A stretch of DNA of 64,000 nt from Squalus acanthias. Taxonomy: Eukaryota. Within the stretch, counting starts at the first letter, position 1. Every line of letters begins with the position of its first letter. A program made the position numbers and the translations under genes. Where the stretch lies: the NCBI GenBank assembly GCA_030390025.1, contig CM059432.1:64854001-64918000 (forward strand), written 5' to 3'. Below the pieces are notes generated by a model, which ran no database searches, was not told where the DNA came from, and saw nothing but the letters and a program-made list of their open reading frames with translations. Of the stretch, positions 25,385-39,523 are shown in pieces.

Positions 25385-27195
25385 TGACTATGTCCAGTCA
25401 TTGTGGAGTAGCAATCAACAAAATAAATGGTATGCTGAGGTATGTTGCCATCACTAGAATTGAAGTCTGAAACCATCATGTGATAGAGTTATAGAGTGCT
25501 CTGATCAGGCTCTACCTTGAATCATGTGTTCAGTATTGCTCACTGAGGCACAATGGAAACGTCTAAACCTTGGGGGGCGATTTTCCCACTGGAGGTGAGA
25601 TGTAGGCGGGTTTCAGTTTGGGTGGGTTTGAAACTCGCCTCCACTGATAGGTTTCAAAAATTTGTGATTTTCCCATGATTGGCCACTTGATTTCAGAGGT
25701 GTGGGATGCCCTTGCTCAATTAGTGTTTTGGGACTGAAACTCGCCTCTGTTGACAGCACTTTTCCAGTCTGATTTTATGGCTTCTTGCTCCCTTGGCTCA
25801 TTCCACAACATTTCTGCGTCTCCTGCACCACCTCCAACGACTTTTGAGAAACCATTTTGTCCAATTCCAAGGCAAGGGCCTACCCGAGGCTCTTGGATGA
25901 GGTGCTGCAAATGTTGTTTGAGGGGGTGAGAGCTAGCATGGAGGTGCTCTTCCACTCATCTCGGAGGAAGAGGCCTACCAAAGAAACCAAGGCTGTGTGG
26001 GTACAGCTGGCAAGGGATATATCCTCCAGATCTGTGTGCAGATTGGGAGACTGTTTCTGTGTATTGATGAAATGCCATCCCTGCTGGAAAGCATTAAAAT
26101 GATTTGAAGCCAAAATGTTGGCATTATGCCATCTGTTCTATCGCCTTAGGCAGCTCCACATTGCGGGCACCGCCACACTTGCGTTGTCAGGTTGGTGGCC
26201 TGAGTGAAAAGAGGCCAGAGAGTCCATTGTCAATGATGTCCTAGGGTGGAGCAAAGGACATGTGCCAACCTGGGCCACCTATGCAAATCTGGCCATGATA
26301 AATTCATCCCTTGCATCCCGGGCTCTGACCTCCTCCTCCTCCTCCTCCAGATCCTCCTCATCCTCATCTGAGGTCCATGCAGAAAGAAAACAAATGGTTC
26401 CCATGCTGCTTGTAGATGCCTCCTTTGGGGAAGCGCTCATTGCAAGCGGGGAGAGGGTCTTCCAAGGAGGTCCCACAGTTGATGGAGTCAAGCTGCAGCA
26501 CCTCCGACTTCGGAAGCCCTTCTAAAAGTGCTCAGAGACCTTTTAAAGCCAAGGTCTGGCACCTGCAAGTAATCCTTGCTGCAATAAACGATGTCTTGTT
26601 AGACCTGCAGCAGTGAGGAGGCCACCCACGAGTCAACCCGCCAGGTTTACCTGGCGTGGTTTAGGAGATGCGTGGATCACACCGAAAAGCTGGAAAAATC
26701 ACGAGGGCTACTCAAAATAGGCTTAGAGAGGCCCATAACGAGCATGTAAGGATGTTAGCGCAATGGCCAGCTGGAGGCGGGAGTGTTTCCCGACCTCCAT
26801 AACCGGAACCGGCAAAATCCCATGGAGATGGGTTGGAGGCGGGTTCCGAACCCGACCACTTTGAATCTGATTTTCCCGCCTTTCCCGCCTCCAAACCCGC
26901 CTCCTCCGACGTCAGAAAATCGCCCCCTTGGAGTCAGTGCAGAGAAAGGCAGCATTGTTGAGCCCTAGTGTCAGAAAATTGAGTTATGAGGAAAGATTAG
27001 AAAAGATTTGAACCCACAACTTTGAAAGGAAGAAAATGAGAGGCAACCTTAAAGTGATACATAAGATACTAAGTGGATTAGAAAAGGATAATCCTGAGTA
27101 CTATTGAAGTCAAGCTACAAATGCTGGGCAATGAAATGTAAGTAGTTCAGGACTGATGTCGCTTCTTCATACAAAGAATGATTAATACCTCTATT
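25385..27195 (+). mobile_element. Highly degraded CR1 3' fragment split by a Harbinger derivative
   Basis: Remnants of ALIRLYLESCVQY, LESVQR and YEERLEK on both sides of the insertion. Confidence 0.65.
25573..26927 (+). mobile_element. Non-autonomous Harbinger derivative with Myb/SANT exon and transposase C-terminal remnant
   Basis: TIR gggggcgatttt/aaaatcgccccc, TSD ttg/ttg; YPRLLDEVLQMLFEGV...AVWVQLARDIS on plus; EEEEEEVRARDARDEFIMARFA* on minus. Confidence 0.88.
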
Positions 27196-27293
27196 GGTAT
27201 TCAGGGTAAGGCTATACACACTTTCAATTTCCTCAGTGGTTCTCCTTTGGTGAAAACCCCTGATACACTGGGTAAATAGGTTTTTATCTAATC

Positions 27294-27592
27294 ACAGAAT
27301 CCCACAGTGCAGATAGAGGCCATTTCGGCCCATCGAGCCTGCACCGACACATATCCCACCCTATCCCCACGTATTTAATCCCCCTAACACTAAGGGTCAA
27401 TTTATCATAGCCAAATCAACCTAACCCGCACATCTTTGGACTGTGGGAGGAAACCGGAGCACCCGGAGGAAACCCACGCAGACACGGGGAGAATGTGCAA
27501 ACTCCACACAGACAGTCACCCAAGGCCGGATTCGAACCCGGGTTCCTGGCGCTGTGAGGCAACAGTGCTAACCACTATGCCACCGTGTTGCC
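27294..27592 (-). mobile_element. HE1-type V-SINE, full length
   Basis: tRNA-like head (ggcatagtggttagc...gggttcgaatcc), V-domain 'gtgtggagtttgcacattctccccgtgtctgcgtgggtttcctccgggtgctccggtttcctccc', CR1-type tail. Confidence 0.92.
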
Positions 27593-28009
27593 CCTTCACC
27601 AAAGTAACAGCAGCCATTCATTCAGGAGAACCATTGAGGAAATTCCTGGTAGTAGAGTCATTCAAGAGGAGTTAGGCACATTATACATAGGAGGAAATTA
27701 TACATTTCTATGGGAGAATAAGCTAGGTTGACCAAACAGTCAAAATTACCCTCTGAAATCCTGCTGAGTGTTTATTGTGTCAGTTATTTTTTTCTGAATA
27801 AGCAATTTTTCAATTAACTGTTTAGTGTTCAGGATAAAAATATGTTTTAGTGATATTCTGTAATGACACTAGCAGACATTAAATATGGCCACTAAAACCA
27901 GAATATTAACTAATCTGAATTATATGACCTTTATTTTAGCTATAATGGGAGCTTTTCTAAATGTAAAGCTATTTTCATGCCTAAGAAAGCAGGCTTCCTC
28001 AACTGTTGC

Positions 28010-28315
28010 AGCAGTAGAGACAAAATTGCCATGAGCAACCTTGGTTTATGGAGGGGAAAATCAACCATTATTCCCATTCCTTATTGCTAACCAGCAATTC
28101 TTCCCAATAGTACACGTGTGTTGATATTGGGTGAGGATAGAATTGGTTTCTACTATGATGTTTCTTGCCACTGTATAACTTGCCAACTCACTGTCTAGGC
28201 TCACACATAAAGAATGGACACCTGGGAAAGGTACCAGAGCGTGCCCAGCGCCTGTGGAACTTTACTACAGCAGTCAACCTCAGGAAAGGAGGAGGGAAGG
28301 GAATGGTACAAAATT
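28010..28315 (+). mobile_element. Degraded ancient SINE-like repeat (copy 2)
   Basis: Colinear similarity to 215-560. Confidence 0.5.
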
Positions 28316-28880
28316 TGAAATAAATAAATAAATTAACAATGGTGACAATTCTTTAATAGGCTCACCGTATACCACAATTTAATATGCCTTCATCTGAGTT
28401 TGTGCAATAGTGTACAACGGGTGATAGCGAATTGGCAGCCTGTTTTACATCTCTCACAATTTTTATTCATATTGACTTCTATTCTACTTTAAAAGGCTTT
28501 CTTGGCCTTTAGGTTTGCATTGACATTATTCACGACAGATTCTCAAATTTGGATCTTAGTCATAAATCTACGTCATTTATGAATATATTCATACTTTTTT
28601 CATATATCCAAATAGTAATGGTCTCCTTTGAATAAGAAAATTAAGAAAACAATCACTGTAGCAGAAGCTTTGAGGTAATATTATCTGCATTGATAAACTG
28701 AAAGGTAAAGCATATGAGTATTAATTACATTTTTATGCAATTGCAAAATACAATACACAACCTTTCATCATATTTGTCTCTTTTATGCTGCACTACAGTC
28801 TAGCTATCTAACTAAACATAATACAAAACCAAAATCACTTCTAAACTAACAATGAGAATGAAGAACTATGCTTGACTTGC

Positions 28881-29054
28881 CTGGAGATGAAGTAGCCAGG
28901 ACCTGCAATGGTTTCACTCCCTCTGCCATCCGATTCAGATACGCTTGTTCCAAAATGACACCCGTTATTCTTGGTCTTTGCCGTAGCTGATATGTCAAAA
29001 TGTCCAAAGCACTTTGCAATAACTGTTGTTCAAATGCTATTGCTGGTTTGTCAC
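28881..29054 (-). CDS. Exon C of TIR-like domain protein: (G)DKPAIAFEQQLLQSALDILTYQLRQRPRITGVILEQAYLNRMAEGVKPLQVLATSSP
   Basis: Acceptor tttatttgtctcctag|, phase 1 matching exon B, 174 nt open, donor CAG|gcaagt. Confidence 0.8.
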
Positions 29055-30253
29055 CTAGGAGACAAATAAAACATTTTAAAGCAAGATATACGCATAAGCA
29101 TTGTGGTAAATGTTCCTATTTAAATCAAGACATGTAAGCCTAGAAATTGCTTCTGGACATAGAGAGATTCCTTGTTATAATTCCTAAAGAATACCTGTCA
29201 TTAAATTGCTGTAAGGCTTTTGAATTGGCAGTGTGCTGTGGCACATGGATTGTGCATTAGGAGAGTTCTCTATGAAAATTCAACAATATGAAATGGATAT
29301 TAAAGCTCAGGCAGACTTTCATCTGCCAGGAATCTGAAGGCAAATCAAGAGGTCAATCAGCAGGGTCAATCAATTTATCTAATCAGAACATTCACAGCAA
29401 TGGGGATTCCAGTGAGTGGTCCCCATCTCTTGATCTAGTGGAGCAGGATGAGCAGGAGCAGATGAGGGCTGCCAGAGATGCCAGGTACCACCAGAGGTGA
29501 ACTGTCTGTGCCTGTCTATGCCAGACTACCGCAGGAGTCATCTGCCGTGTTCGGCAGTTTGTTACAACATCAAAGACTGCTGCAATATTATAGGATAACA
29601 TAATTCTACAGAACTGCTAGATTTCCAAGAGCCCATTGGGTTATCACCTGTACCCATGTTGCTTCTTGGACCCTAACACAAAGTTATGCATCATTTTTTT
29701 TATCTCAATGTGGACATGGTGGGGTAAATGTTATGATTTAGTGCAGAGTATCACTTGACAGGAAAGCTGACAGGACAATTTGGAGCATAGATCAACAGAC
29801 CTGATTTAAAGTCCAACCAATTTTTTAGTCATTAAAATGAATAACTGGAAAATTGGGAGGATTGTGAATCAGGTACACTGAATTCCATACCTGATTTCTT
29901 GATTTGTCCTCCATCAAGCAAGGTTCCATGCTAAGTGTGTTAACTTGTAAAATTTTCCTGGTGTGCAACCACCAGCATGGAATCAAGGAGAGCAATGTTT
30001 CCTTTCTTGAAGCATTCACGATGCCTTTATTTTAAGGCAGTTATATGTACCACCCTTACATGAAGGGAATGAAGAGTGAAAGAAGGACAAGAGGAAAAAA
30101 AAGGCTACGCTATGGACCCATTGCTTATTACACCCGTGTGCTAACCACAAAATGAACCATAGCACAGATTCAACAAAGCTCATGTTACAACCAGAAATAT
30201 CAAACATACCAATGGTATCTTGAAGTAGCGTTTCATATATCTAAACCAGTCAG

Positions 30254-31973
30254 GACTATTTTGCATCTGTCTTCACTGTAGAAGACACTAACAACATCCC
30301 AATAATGGATAATCAAGGGGCCACAGGGAGTGGGGAACTAAAGACAATCACTATCACTAAGGAAATAGTACTCGGTAAAATAATGGGACTAAAAGACGAC
30401 AAGTCCCCTGGACCAGATGGCCTGCATCCCAGGGTCTTAAAAGAAGTGGCTGCAGAGATAGTGGATGCATTGGTTGCAATATACCAAAATTCCCTGGACT
30501 CTGGAGAGGTCCCAGCGGATTGGAAAACTGCTAATGTAACACCCCTATTTAAGAAAGGAGGGAGACAGAAAGCAGGAAACTATAGACCAGTTAGCCTAAC
30601 ATCTGTCGTTGGGAAAATGCTGGAGTCCTTCATTAAGGAAGCAGTAGCAGGGCATTTAGAAAAACATACTGCAGTCAAACAGAGTCAGCATGGTTTTAGG
30701 AAAGGGAAATCATGTTTAACAAATTTGCTGGAGTTCTTTGAGGATGTAACAAGCAGGGTGGACAAGGGTGAGCCAGTGGATGTGGTGTATTTGGATTTCC
30801 AGAAGGCATTCGATAAGGTGCCACATAAAAGGTTACTGCATAAGAAAAGAGCTCACGGAGTTGGGGGTAATATATTAGCATGGATAGAGAATTGGCTAAC
30901 TAACAGAAAGCAGAGAGTTGGGATAAATGGGTCATTTTCTGGTTGGCAAACGGTAACTAGTGGGGTGCCACAAGGATCGGTGCTGGGGCCCCAACTATTT
31001 ACAATCTACATTAATGACTTGGATGAAGGGATCGAGCGTAATGTAGCCAAGTTTGCGGATGATACAAAGATGGGTGGGAAAGCACTCAAAGAATCTGCAA
31101 AGAGATATAAACAGGCTAGGTGAGTGGGCAAACATTTGGCAGATGGAGTATAATGTGGGAAAGTGCGAGGTTATCCGCTTTGGCAGGAAAAATAAAAAAG
31201 CAAACTATTATTTAAATGGCGAGAGATTACAAAATGCTACAGTTTAGAGGGACCTGGGGGTCCTTGTGCATGAAACACAAAAAGTTATCATGCAGGTACA
31301 GCAAGTAATCAAAAAGGCAAATGGAATGTTGGCCTTTATTTCAAAGGGGTTGGAGTATAAAAGCAGGGAAGTCCTGCTACAACTGTACAGGGTATTGGTG
31401 AGACCACACCTTGAGTACTGCGTACAGTTTTGGTCTCCTTATTTGAGGAAGGATATATTTGCATTGGAGGCAGTTCAGAGACGATTCACTAGGTTAATTC
31501 CAGAGATGAGGGGTTTGACTTATGAGGAAAGGTTGAGCAGGCTGGGCCTATACTCACTGGAATTTAGAAGAATGAGATGTGATCGTATTGAAACATATAA
31601 GATACTGAGGGGGCTCGACAGGGTAGATGCAGAGAGGATGTTTCCCCTCATGGGGAAATCTAGAACTCGGGGGCACAGTCTCAGAATAAAGGGTCGCCCT
31701 TTTAGAACTGCGATGAGGAGGAACTTCTTCTCTCAGAGGGTTGTAAATTTGTGGAATTCTCTGCCCCAGAGAGCTGTGGAGGCTGGGTCATTAAATACAT
31801 TTAAAGTGGAGATAGACAAATTTTTGCAAGATAAGGGAGTGAAGGGTTATGGGGAGCGGGCTGGGAAGTGGCTTTGAGCCCTAGATCAGCCATGATCTTA
31901 TTGAATGGCGGAGCAGGCTCGAGGGGCCAAGTGTCCTATTCCTGCTCCTATTTCTTATGTTCTTATGTTCTTA
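30254..31973 (+). mobile_element. CR1 LINE, 5'-truncated, relatively young; RT domain with a frameshifting deletion near 31080
   Basis: ORFs 30305-31123 ([32 protein letters not shown]) and 31266-31877; (ttcttatg)n tail. Confidence 0.95.
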
Positions 31974-34937
31974 GGACAGCTTTACAGCATAAACCTCACC
32001 CTGCCCCACCTCCCAGGATTTCCAGAATATTTATTGTCTGTTCCATGCTTCAAAACATCAACCTGAAGAGGTTTCAGCATGTAGGAATAGGAAAACAGCA
32101 TTACCAATACTCACAATAGTCACAATTTTGAAATCTATTGATTTTATACTATTGGTTTTGCGTGCAAGATTTATTGGGATGAGAGCAAGAGAGAAGGATA
32201 ATTTCTCTCTGTTATATGCCAGTGAACCACATGTATTAAACAATAATGCAAAATCAATAAATAATAAAAATAAGTGCTTCCAATGCTCACAAAATTGCCT
32301 GAAAGACTGATTTTTTAATAATGTATGTTTGAAGTTGATTTTTTTGCAGGGGGTGGGGGGGTGTGGTGTGAGAGTGTTATCCATGTATTTATCAACTTTT
32401 TTGCCTCCAATAGTCACTCTATACTACACACATTCTCTATCAAATAGATCATGCGAGAGACCTGACTGCAAAGAGCTTATCTTAGCTACTGCCTATGGGC
32501 TTCCAGCAACAAGTGGCTCCATAGGTTTTCATGTCACGTATGTTCTGAATCAGGAGCCATTTAAGAATGGAAAATTGGGTAAAGAGCTGTTATGGAATAT
32601 TCCAGACTAGATGCTTTGGATAGGGATTGGACACAAGAGTGCTAAGGATGGAGCATTGAAATTTGTGAAGCCAATTGCTACGAGGAGCTCATAGCTGAGG
32701 TACAGCTCTACAGAAGCAGGTTTTTGGCCATCTCCTTAGCAATTGTTTCGAAAAGCTGTTCAATGCATGGTTGCTCCACAACCAAACTTTAGACAACTAG
32801 TTAGAGGAATACAAATGTTGATAGTTTAGTTCAGAAAGTAAACTTCATATACTGCATCCAATGGAAAAAAAACTGTTGAATGATTTGATGCTTTTGGATT
32901 TTTTTCAGTATTTTCTTTTTATATATGTACAAATGGCACATATGCTATTGCGAAAAGTAATCAAATGGAGCTGCCTTATTGTTAGCCTACGATAGCCATT
33001 CTCAAGCAAGTTACTGGTCAACCAAAATTTAGTGTATACACTTTTCTAATAAAATGTGTTTCTGTTGCATAAAATATCACCATCATTATTAATGTTTCTG
33101 ACAATTGAAAAGTGCTTTTGGTCTGTTTCTTTCCATTAATTTCAACATTCACGTTTAAACCACAAGCTGCTGTAAAAGACTTAACTGGCATATTTTTACT
33201 TAAGGATTGAAATCAATAAAAGCCATACATCTTCCATTGGAGTATAACTCAAAACTAAAAGCACATCTACTGAGATTGGTCTAATCACCATGCAGAGAAA
33301 AGACCATCAACAGCAATGCTTTTCAATCAAAGTGAATATCCTTAACATTATACAAGCAGATTTCTCCTGCACTGAAACGTCAATAAAACTCTCTGGAGAC
33401 GGAATATGCATTTCTTACAAGAACAGCCATCATAAAATAGTTATGTTATGCTGCAGCTATCGCTCATTGTGCCCAGCGACTGAGCTCTGTAACTTGGGTC
33501 AGCAAGAATAAAATGCCTTTATTATCATTGCTACATCAACAAATGATTTACCAAGGTGACAGACAGCATAAATTATAGAACCCGTTTCATTTTGTCTGGA
33601 ATATGTATGTGTTTATTATTTTTTTACAGAGGATTACATAGGAAATACGGCACAGAAACAGGCCATTCGGTCCACCCAGTCCATGCTGGCGTTTATACTC
33701 CACTCGAACCTCCTCCCGTCTTTCCTCATCTAAATCTATCAACATAACCCTCTATTCCATTCTCCCTCATATGCTTGTCTAGCCTCCCTTAAATGCATCT
33801 ATACTATTCGCTTCAACCACTCCCTGGGGTAGCGAGTTCCACATTCTCACCACTCTTTGGGTAAAGAAGTTTCTTCTGAATTCCCTATTGGATTTCTTGG
33901 TGACTATCTTATATTGATGGCCTCTAGTTATGTTCTTCCCCACAAGTGGAAACATTCTCTCTGTATCCAGTCTATCAAAACCTTTCATAATTTTAAAGAC
34001 CTCTATTAGGTCACCACTCAGCCTTCTTTTTTCAAGAGAAAAGAGCCCCAGCTTGTTCATCCTTTCCTGATATGTATACCCTCGCAATTCTGGTATCATC
34101 CTTGTAAATCTTCTCTGCACCCTCTCCAGTGCCTCTATATCCTTTTTATAATACGGCGACCTGAAGTGTACGCAGTAGTCTAAGTGTGGTCTAACCAAGG
34201 TTCAATACATGTTTACCTTAACTTCCCTACTTTTCAGTTCTATCCCTCTAGAAATAAACCCTAGTGGTTGGTTTGCTTTTTTTATGGCCTTGCTAACCTG
34301 TGGCACAACTTTTAGTGATTTGTGTACTTGTACTCCGAGATCCCTTTGTTCCTCTACCCCACCTAGATTCGCACCCTCCAAGTAATAAGTGACCTCCCTA
34401 TTCTTCCTACCAAAATGTAATACTTCACATTTATCTGTGTTGAACTTCATTTGCCAATTATTTGCCCATTCTGCAAGTTTATTAATGTCCTCCTGTAATT
34501 TATTGCAGTCCTCCTCAGCATTGACTATCCCCCCCCCCAATTTTTGTGTCATCTGCAAATTTAGAAATTGTGTTTTTGATTCCAAAGTCTAAATCGTTAA
34601 TATAAATTGTGAAAAACAGTGGTCCCAGCACTGATCCTTGTGGAACACCACTACCACCTTCTGCCACTGTGAATAGCTACGTTTTACCCCTACTCTCTGC
34701 TTTCTTTCTTGAAGCCAGCTAATTATCCATTCTGCTACTTGTCCCGTGACTCTGCATTCTCTGACCTTGCTCATCAGTCTATTATGGGGTACCTTATCAA
34801 AGGCCTTTTGAAAATCTAGATAAATTACATCTACTAAATTACCATTGTCTACTCTCTCTGTTACCTCTTCAAAAAATTCAATGAGGTTGGTCAAGCAAGA
34901 CTTTCCCTTTTGAAATCCATGCTGACTATTCATTATT

Positions 34938-35661
34938 GGGCCAAAAATTCGGCACTTCCCACGTGAGTACACAGTCCGTACTCACCCGTAAAGCGTCCCG
35001 AAGTGCCGGTTTCCTGCATGCACTGCGCATGCGCAGGAAACCGGAACTTCCGATCTGGTGAAGGGGGTGCTGCGTGCGCAGTAGAGGCTGCGCGCACGCA
35101 GCAAACTTAGATTTTTTTTCAGGTTTCTACGGGAGGGTAAGTAGTGAAGAACCTACGCTTATAAAAAGGAGGCGCAGGAGCCGTTTTCAACAAGGTAAGT
35201 GGTTAACAGGTTTATCTTTTTTAGATACTTTAAAGAAAGGTAAGTTTATTTTTATCACTTTTTAAAAGTATTTTAATTTTTTCAAAAATTTAAATTTTTG
35301 TTTAAAGTGGTTAATTTATTTAACTATAGTTATTTTATAAATGTGATGGTTTAAAAAAAAAAATATTTTAAGTTTAGTTTTTCTTTTGGGGCCGATTTCA
35401 ATTCACAGATTTGACAGGTCTCCTGTCAAATCTATGAATGAAAGATGGTCTGCTGCCATTGGCTCTCCATGGCCCATGTGATCCCAGGGGACGCATCACA
35501 CTAACTGCGCCCCTGGGACACGTACGCACTGCGCACCGGCAGTTGGAGCAGGCCCAGGAGCTGAAGTTCCCGTGGGCCCAAAACACAATGGCAGGCGCGG
35601 TAGGTAAGTGCGCGCGCGATCCTTATCCCCGCAGCAAGCCGGAGAGGCGAATTTCTGGGCC
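34938..35661. mobile_element. Harbinger-type MITE with AT-rich core
   Basis: TIR gggccaaaaattc/gaatttctgggcc, TSD att/att; interrupts CR1 ORF2. Confidence 0.88.
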
Positions 35662-38201
35662 ATTATGTTTTTGGTTTCTAGATGTTCTTCTATTTTCTCC
35701 TTTAGTAGGGATTCCATTACTTTTCCTATCACCGATGTTAAGCTGACTGATCTATAATTCCCTGGACATGTTCTATTCCCCTTCTATCCGCCAGTCCTCT
35801 GGCAATACACCTTTTTCTAACGAATTATTAAATATGTGCAATAAAGCCTCTGCTATCTCTTCCCTAGATTCTTTTGAAATGCGTGGATGCAATCCATCCG
35901 GACCAGAGGTTTTATCCTCTTTGAGTTTGATTAGTTTATTTAATATATCCCCTCTTTTTATTTTAAATGCACTTTCTCATTACTAATCTCATCATCCAAT
36001 GTCATGTCTACCTGTTCTATCTCCCTGAATACCGAAGCAAAATAAATATTTTATATTTCTGCCATCTCCCTATCGTTACCTGTGGTATTATCCTGACTAT
36101 CCCCTAATGACCCTATTCCCATCTCAACCTTCCTTTTTTTTATTGATGTGTCTGTAAAATATTTTACTATTTTGTTTTATGTTCCTTGACAATTTAATTT
36201 CATAGCTCCTCTTTGCCTTCCTAATTGTTTTTATGACTTATCTCCTAATCTCTTTGTATTTTTCCTTATCATGCACTTCCCCTGCTGACTATGTACTTAA
36301 TGTATGCCTCTTTTGTTACCCTCAATTGTTCCCTTATGGCTTTATTCATCCATGGAGTCTCATTAGTGTTTAGTTTCTTTCCTTTTAGTGGAATATATTG
36401 TTCCTGCACTCTGTTGAACACTGTTTTAAATGTTTCCCATTGCTGTTCTACATCGTTGTTTGCCAATATTGTTGCCCATTTTATTTATCCAAGTTCTATT
36501 CTCAGCCCCTCAAAATCAGCTTTTTTCCAATCTATTAACCTGTTTTTTGTCATACTTATGTCCTTCTCAATTATCATCTTAAAGTGTAATATATTATGGT
36601 CCCTATTGCCTAGATGTTCCCCTACTTTTGCTTCTCTTATCTGCTCTGGTTCATTCCCCATTACTAGATCCAATAGCGAATTCCCCCTTGTTGGGCTTTT
36701 TACATATTGGGTTACAATGGAGTCTTGTACACATTGTAGGAACTCCATTCCCTTATCCCCTTTATCTACCTCTTCTGTCCAATTAATATTGGGGTAGTTG
36801 AAATCCTCCATGATTATTATTCTATTGTTTTTTACTCATTTCCCTAATTTGTCTGCATATTTCCTCCACCTCCCTTTCACTGTTAGGTGGGCTGTAGACT
36901 ATACCTATTAGTGTGATTGATTCTTTAATATCTTTTATCTCTATACATATGGATTATATTTTTGCCTTGCTGATAGCTGCGTCACTTTTTTCTACTGCCA
37001 TTATGTTATCCCTAATAAGTACAGCTACTCCACCACCCCTTTTTCCCTCTCTATTTTTTCTAAATATGTTATTCCCTGCAATGTTTAATTCCCAGTCCTG
37101 ATTTTTCTGTAGCCATGTTTCAGTAATCCCTACTATGTTTGGTTCCTCGCAACGCATGATTGCCTCCAGCTCCCCTGTTTTATTACGGACACTGTGTGCA
37201 TTGCTGTACAGACAGTTTAACTAATTTTTAATAGGATTTCCTCTCACTTTATATTTAACCATCTTTTTAGACTCCTGTTCTATAACTCTATTTATTCATT
37301 TGCAATCAATGTCCTCCCTTATTTTATTCTTTCCTACACTCTCTTTTCCTGTTTTGTTTATAATTAGGCTGGTTACATTTCTTGTAGACCCCTCCCCCCA
37401 TTTTACTAGCTTAAACCCTTTGCCACCTCCCTATTTACCCTTTCCACTAGGATACGGGTCCCATCCCAGTTCAGGTGGAGCCTGTCCCATCAGTACAGTT
37501 CCTTCCTGTCCCAGCACTGGTGCCAGTGCCACATGAAAAGGAACCCCTCTTTCCCACACCAGCCCTTTAGCCACGTGTTAATTCTCTTGATCTGTCTGCT
37601 TCTATGCCAATTTGCACGTGGCTCGGGCAATAATCCAGAGATTATTATCCTCGAGGTCCTGCTTTTTAATTTAGAGCCTAACTCCTGATATCTTTCAGCA
37701 GGACCTCCTCCCCATTCTTATCTGTGTCGTTTGTTCCAATATGGACCATGACAACTGGACTTACCCCCTCCCTTTCCAAGTTGCTCTCCAGCCGCCATGA
37801 GATATCCCTTACCCTGGCATCGGGTAGCCAACACACCCTTCGGGATTCTCGTTCTTAGCTGCAGAGGACACTATCTATCCCCCTAATTATAGAGTCCCCT
37901 ATCACTACCACATTTCTATTCTGCTCTTCCCCGCCTTGGACAGCCTTCTGAGCCACGGTGCTTTGGTCTGCATTGTGGCTGTCCTCCCTGCAGTCTTTCT
38001 CCTTGTCCTCACAAGTAGCGAGTACTTCGTACCTGTTGGACAGGACTAGTGTCTGTGGGACCTCCTTCTCAACCTCTCCTAAATCCCCGCTACCCGGCTC
38101 CCTACAGTCATACCCTCCCCTTCCTGAACCTGCGCTTTCCTCTGGGGTGTGACTGCATTCTGAATAAAACTATCCAGAAATTCCTCCCCCTCCCTTAAAT
38201 G

Positions 38202-39074
38202 GCCCCATTTGGGACGCAATTATCGGCCGGGCGCAAAGATTAGCGCCTGCGCTAATTATCGCCACCGACTGCAAACTTGACTTTTATCGCCCCTGGAGGT
38301 GAATGGAGCGCTAAATCAGGCGCTTCACACCTGTCTTAAGGCGCAAAGGCCGAGGAGCGAGGTGCTACCTCAGAGCGCTGGCGAAGCTCATGTAATGTCA
38401 GTCAGCAATGGAACACACACACAATGGCACGGGCCAGTTCTTAAAGGGGATGGTTAATCTTGCTTTCCATCCACATCCTGCTCATTGCAGCCTTGAATCT
38501 CGGCCTGGAGAGGCCTGCACATCAAATCTGCTGGAAAGAACAATGGAGAGTACCAGGCAAAGAGCTCAGAGTGCAGCCCCCACAGTCTCTTCTAAATCGA
38601 TACAAGGAATGGCAAATCAAAATGAACCTGCAAAGTGCTGCTCAGTACCCAAAACTCTTTCACAAAACGTTGAATCTCTCCAGAAGTCTCTCTCTCTCTC
38701 TCTCAGAATGCGTAGTTCAAAAATGGCACCAACAATAAAAGGCAGGAAGCGGTCACCTTTAAATAGCGCTCCCCCCTTCCCTTCATGACTGCAGAACGCT
38801 CCACTCAACCTGTCGTTGCTAGCGTCAGGCGGTAAGGCAGGGGGTGCCACTCAATATCCGCTCCGGGGCGATACCGGGGCGTTGCGCACTCGACTGACGT
38901 CACGATCTGCCGGCGCAGGAGATCGTGGCGGTAGTGTTTAGCGCCGCCGCAAAATGTCTAGTTAATTTTGCGAGCGGCGCAAACTTCGCCACGCCTGGGC
39001 GCTAGATTCTTTGTGCCCCATTAGCGCCCTCTTAAGGCGCTAACGGGAGGCGCAACCAACTGAATTTTTCCCCC
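38202..39074. mobile_element. Harbinger-type MITE, inverted copy of 17265-18146, one TIR lost
   Basis: Reverse-complement similarity along its length; right TIR actgaatttttccccc; interrupts CR1 ORF1. Confidence 0.88.
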
Positions 39075-39523
39075 ATAGTGTCTCCAACTCGCACTCCAGC
39101 TCAATGACTCTGAGCCAGAGAGATTCGAGATGGAGACATCTGCTATAGACGTGTTTGCTCGGGACAGACTCACTGTCCACAAATTCCCACATACTGCAGT
39201 CCAGACACACAACCGCCCTGCCATATCTTATTCTAGCTTTATTTTATTTATTTAATAAGTTAAAGTCTTTATTCAATAATTATTTAAAGTTATATTAATT
39301 AGTTTACCTAGTTAAGCAATGAATTTAATAAAGTACTTTGTAGTTTTCCGCACCTTGTTTAAACCACTGTCATAGGTTAGAGAGAAAAGAGAAAAAAAAA
39401 CCCTTAATACTCACCAACCAATCACCTACCTGCTGTCCTGTGATGTCACTCCTTGTGTTTTTGGAAATTGTCAAAGGTTCGGCCGCCGCTGATACTGCCT
39501 CCAATTATCCCTCCATATTATTT

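Larger units (their letters stand above)
33626..39450 (-). mobile_element. Near full-length CR1 LINE (ORF1 zinc finger/leucine zipper/esterase; ORF2 endonuclease-RT), decayed, with two MITE insertions
   Basis: ORF1 N-terminus CLDCSMWE...LRVIELECELET (~39075-39224), GDS esterase motif near 37895, endonuclease GITETWL, DFNYPNI and DHN, RT motifs to 33779. Confidence 0.9.

Noticed and set aside
30305..31877. Long RT ORFs as an active LINE or domesticated gene
   Set aside because: 5'-truncated, with a frameshifting deletion and an in-frame stop.
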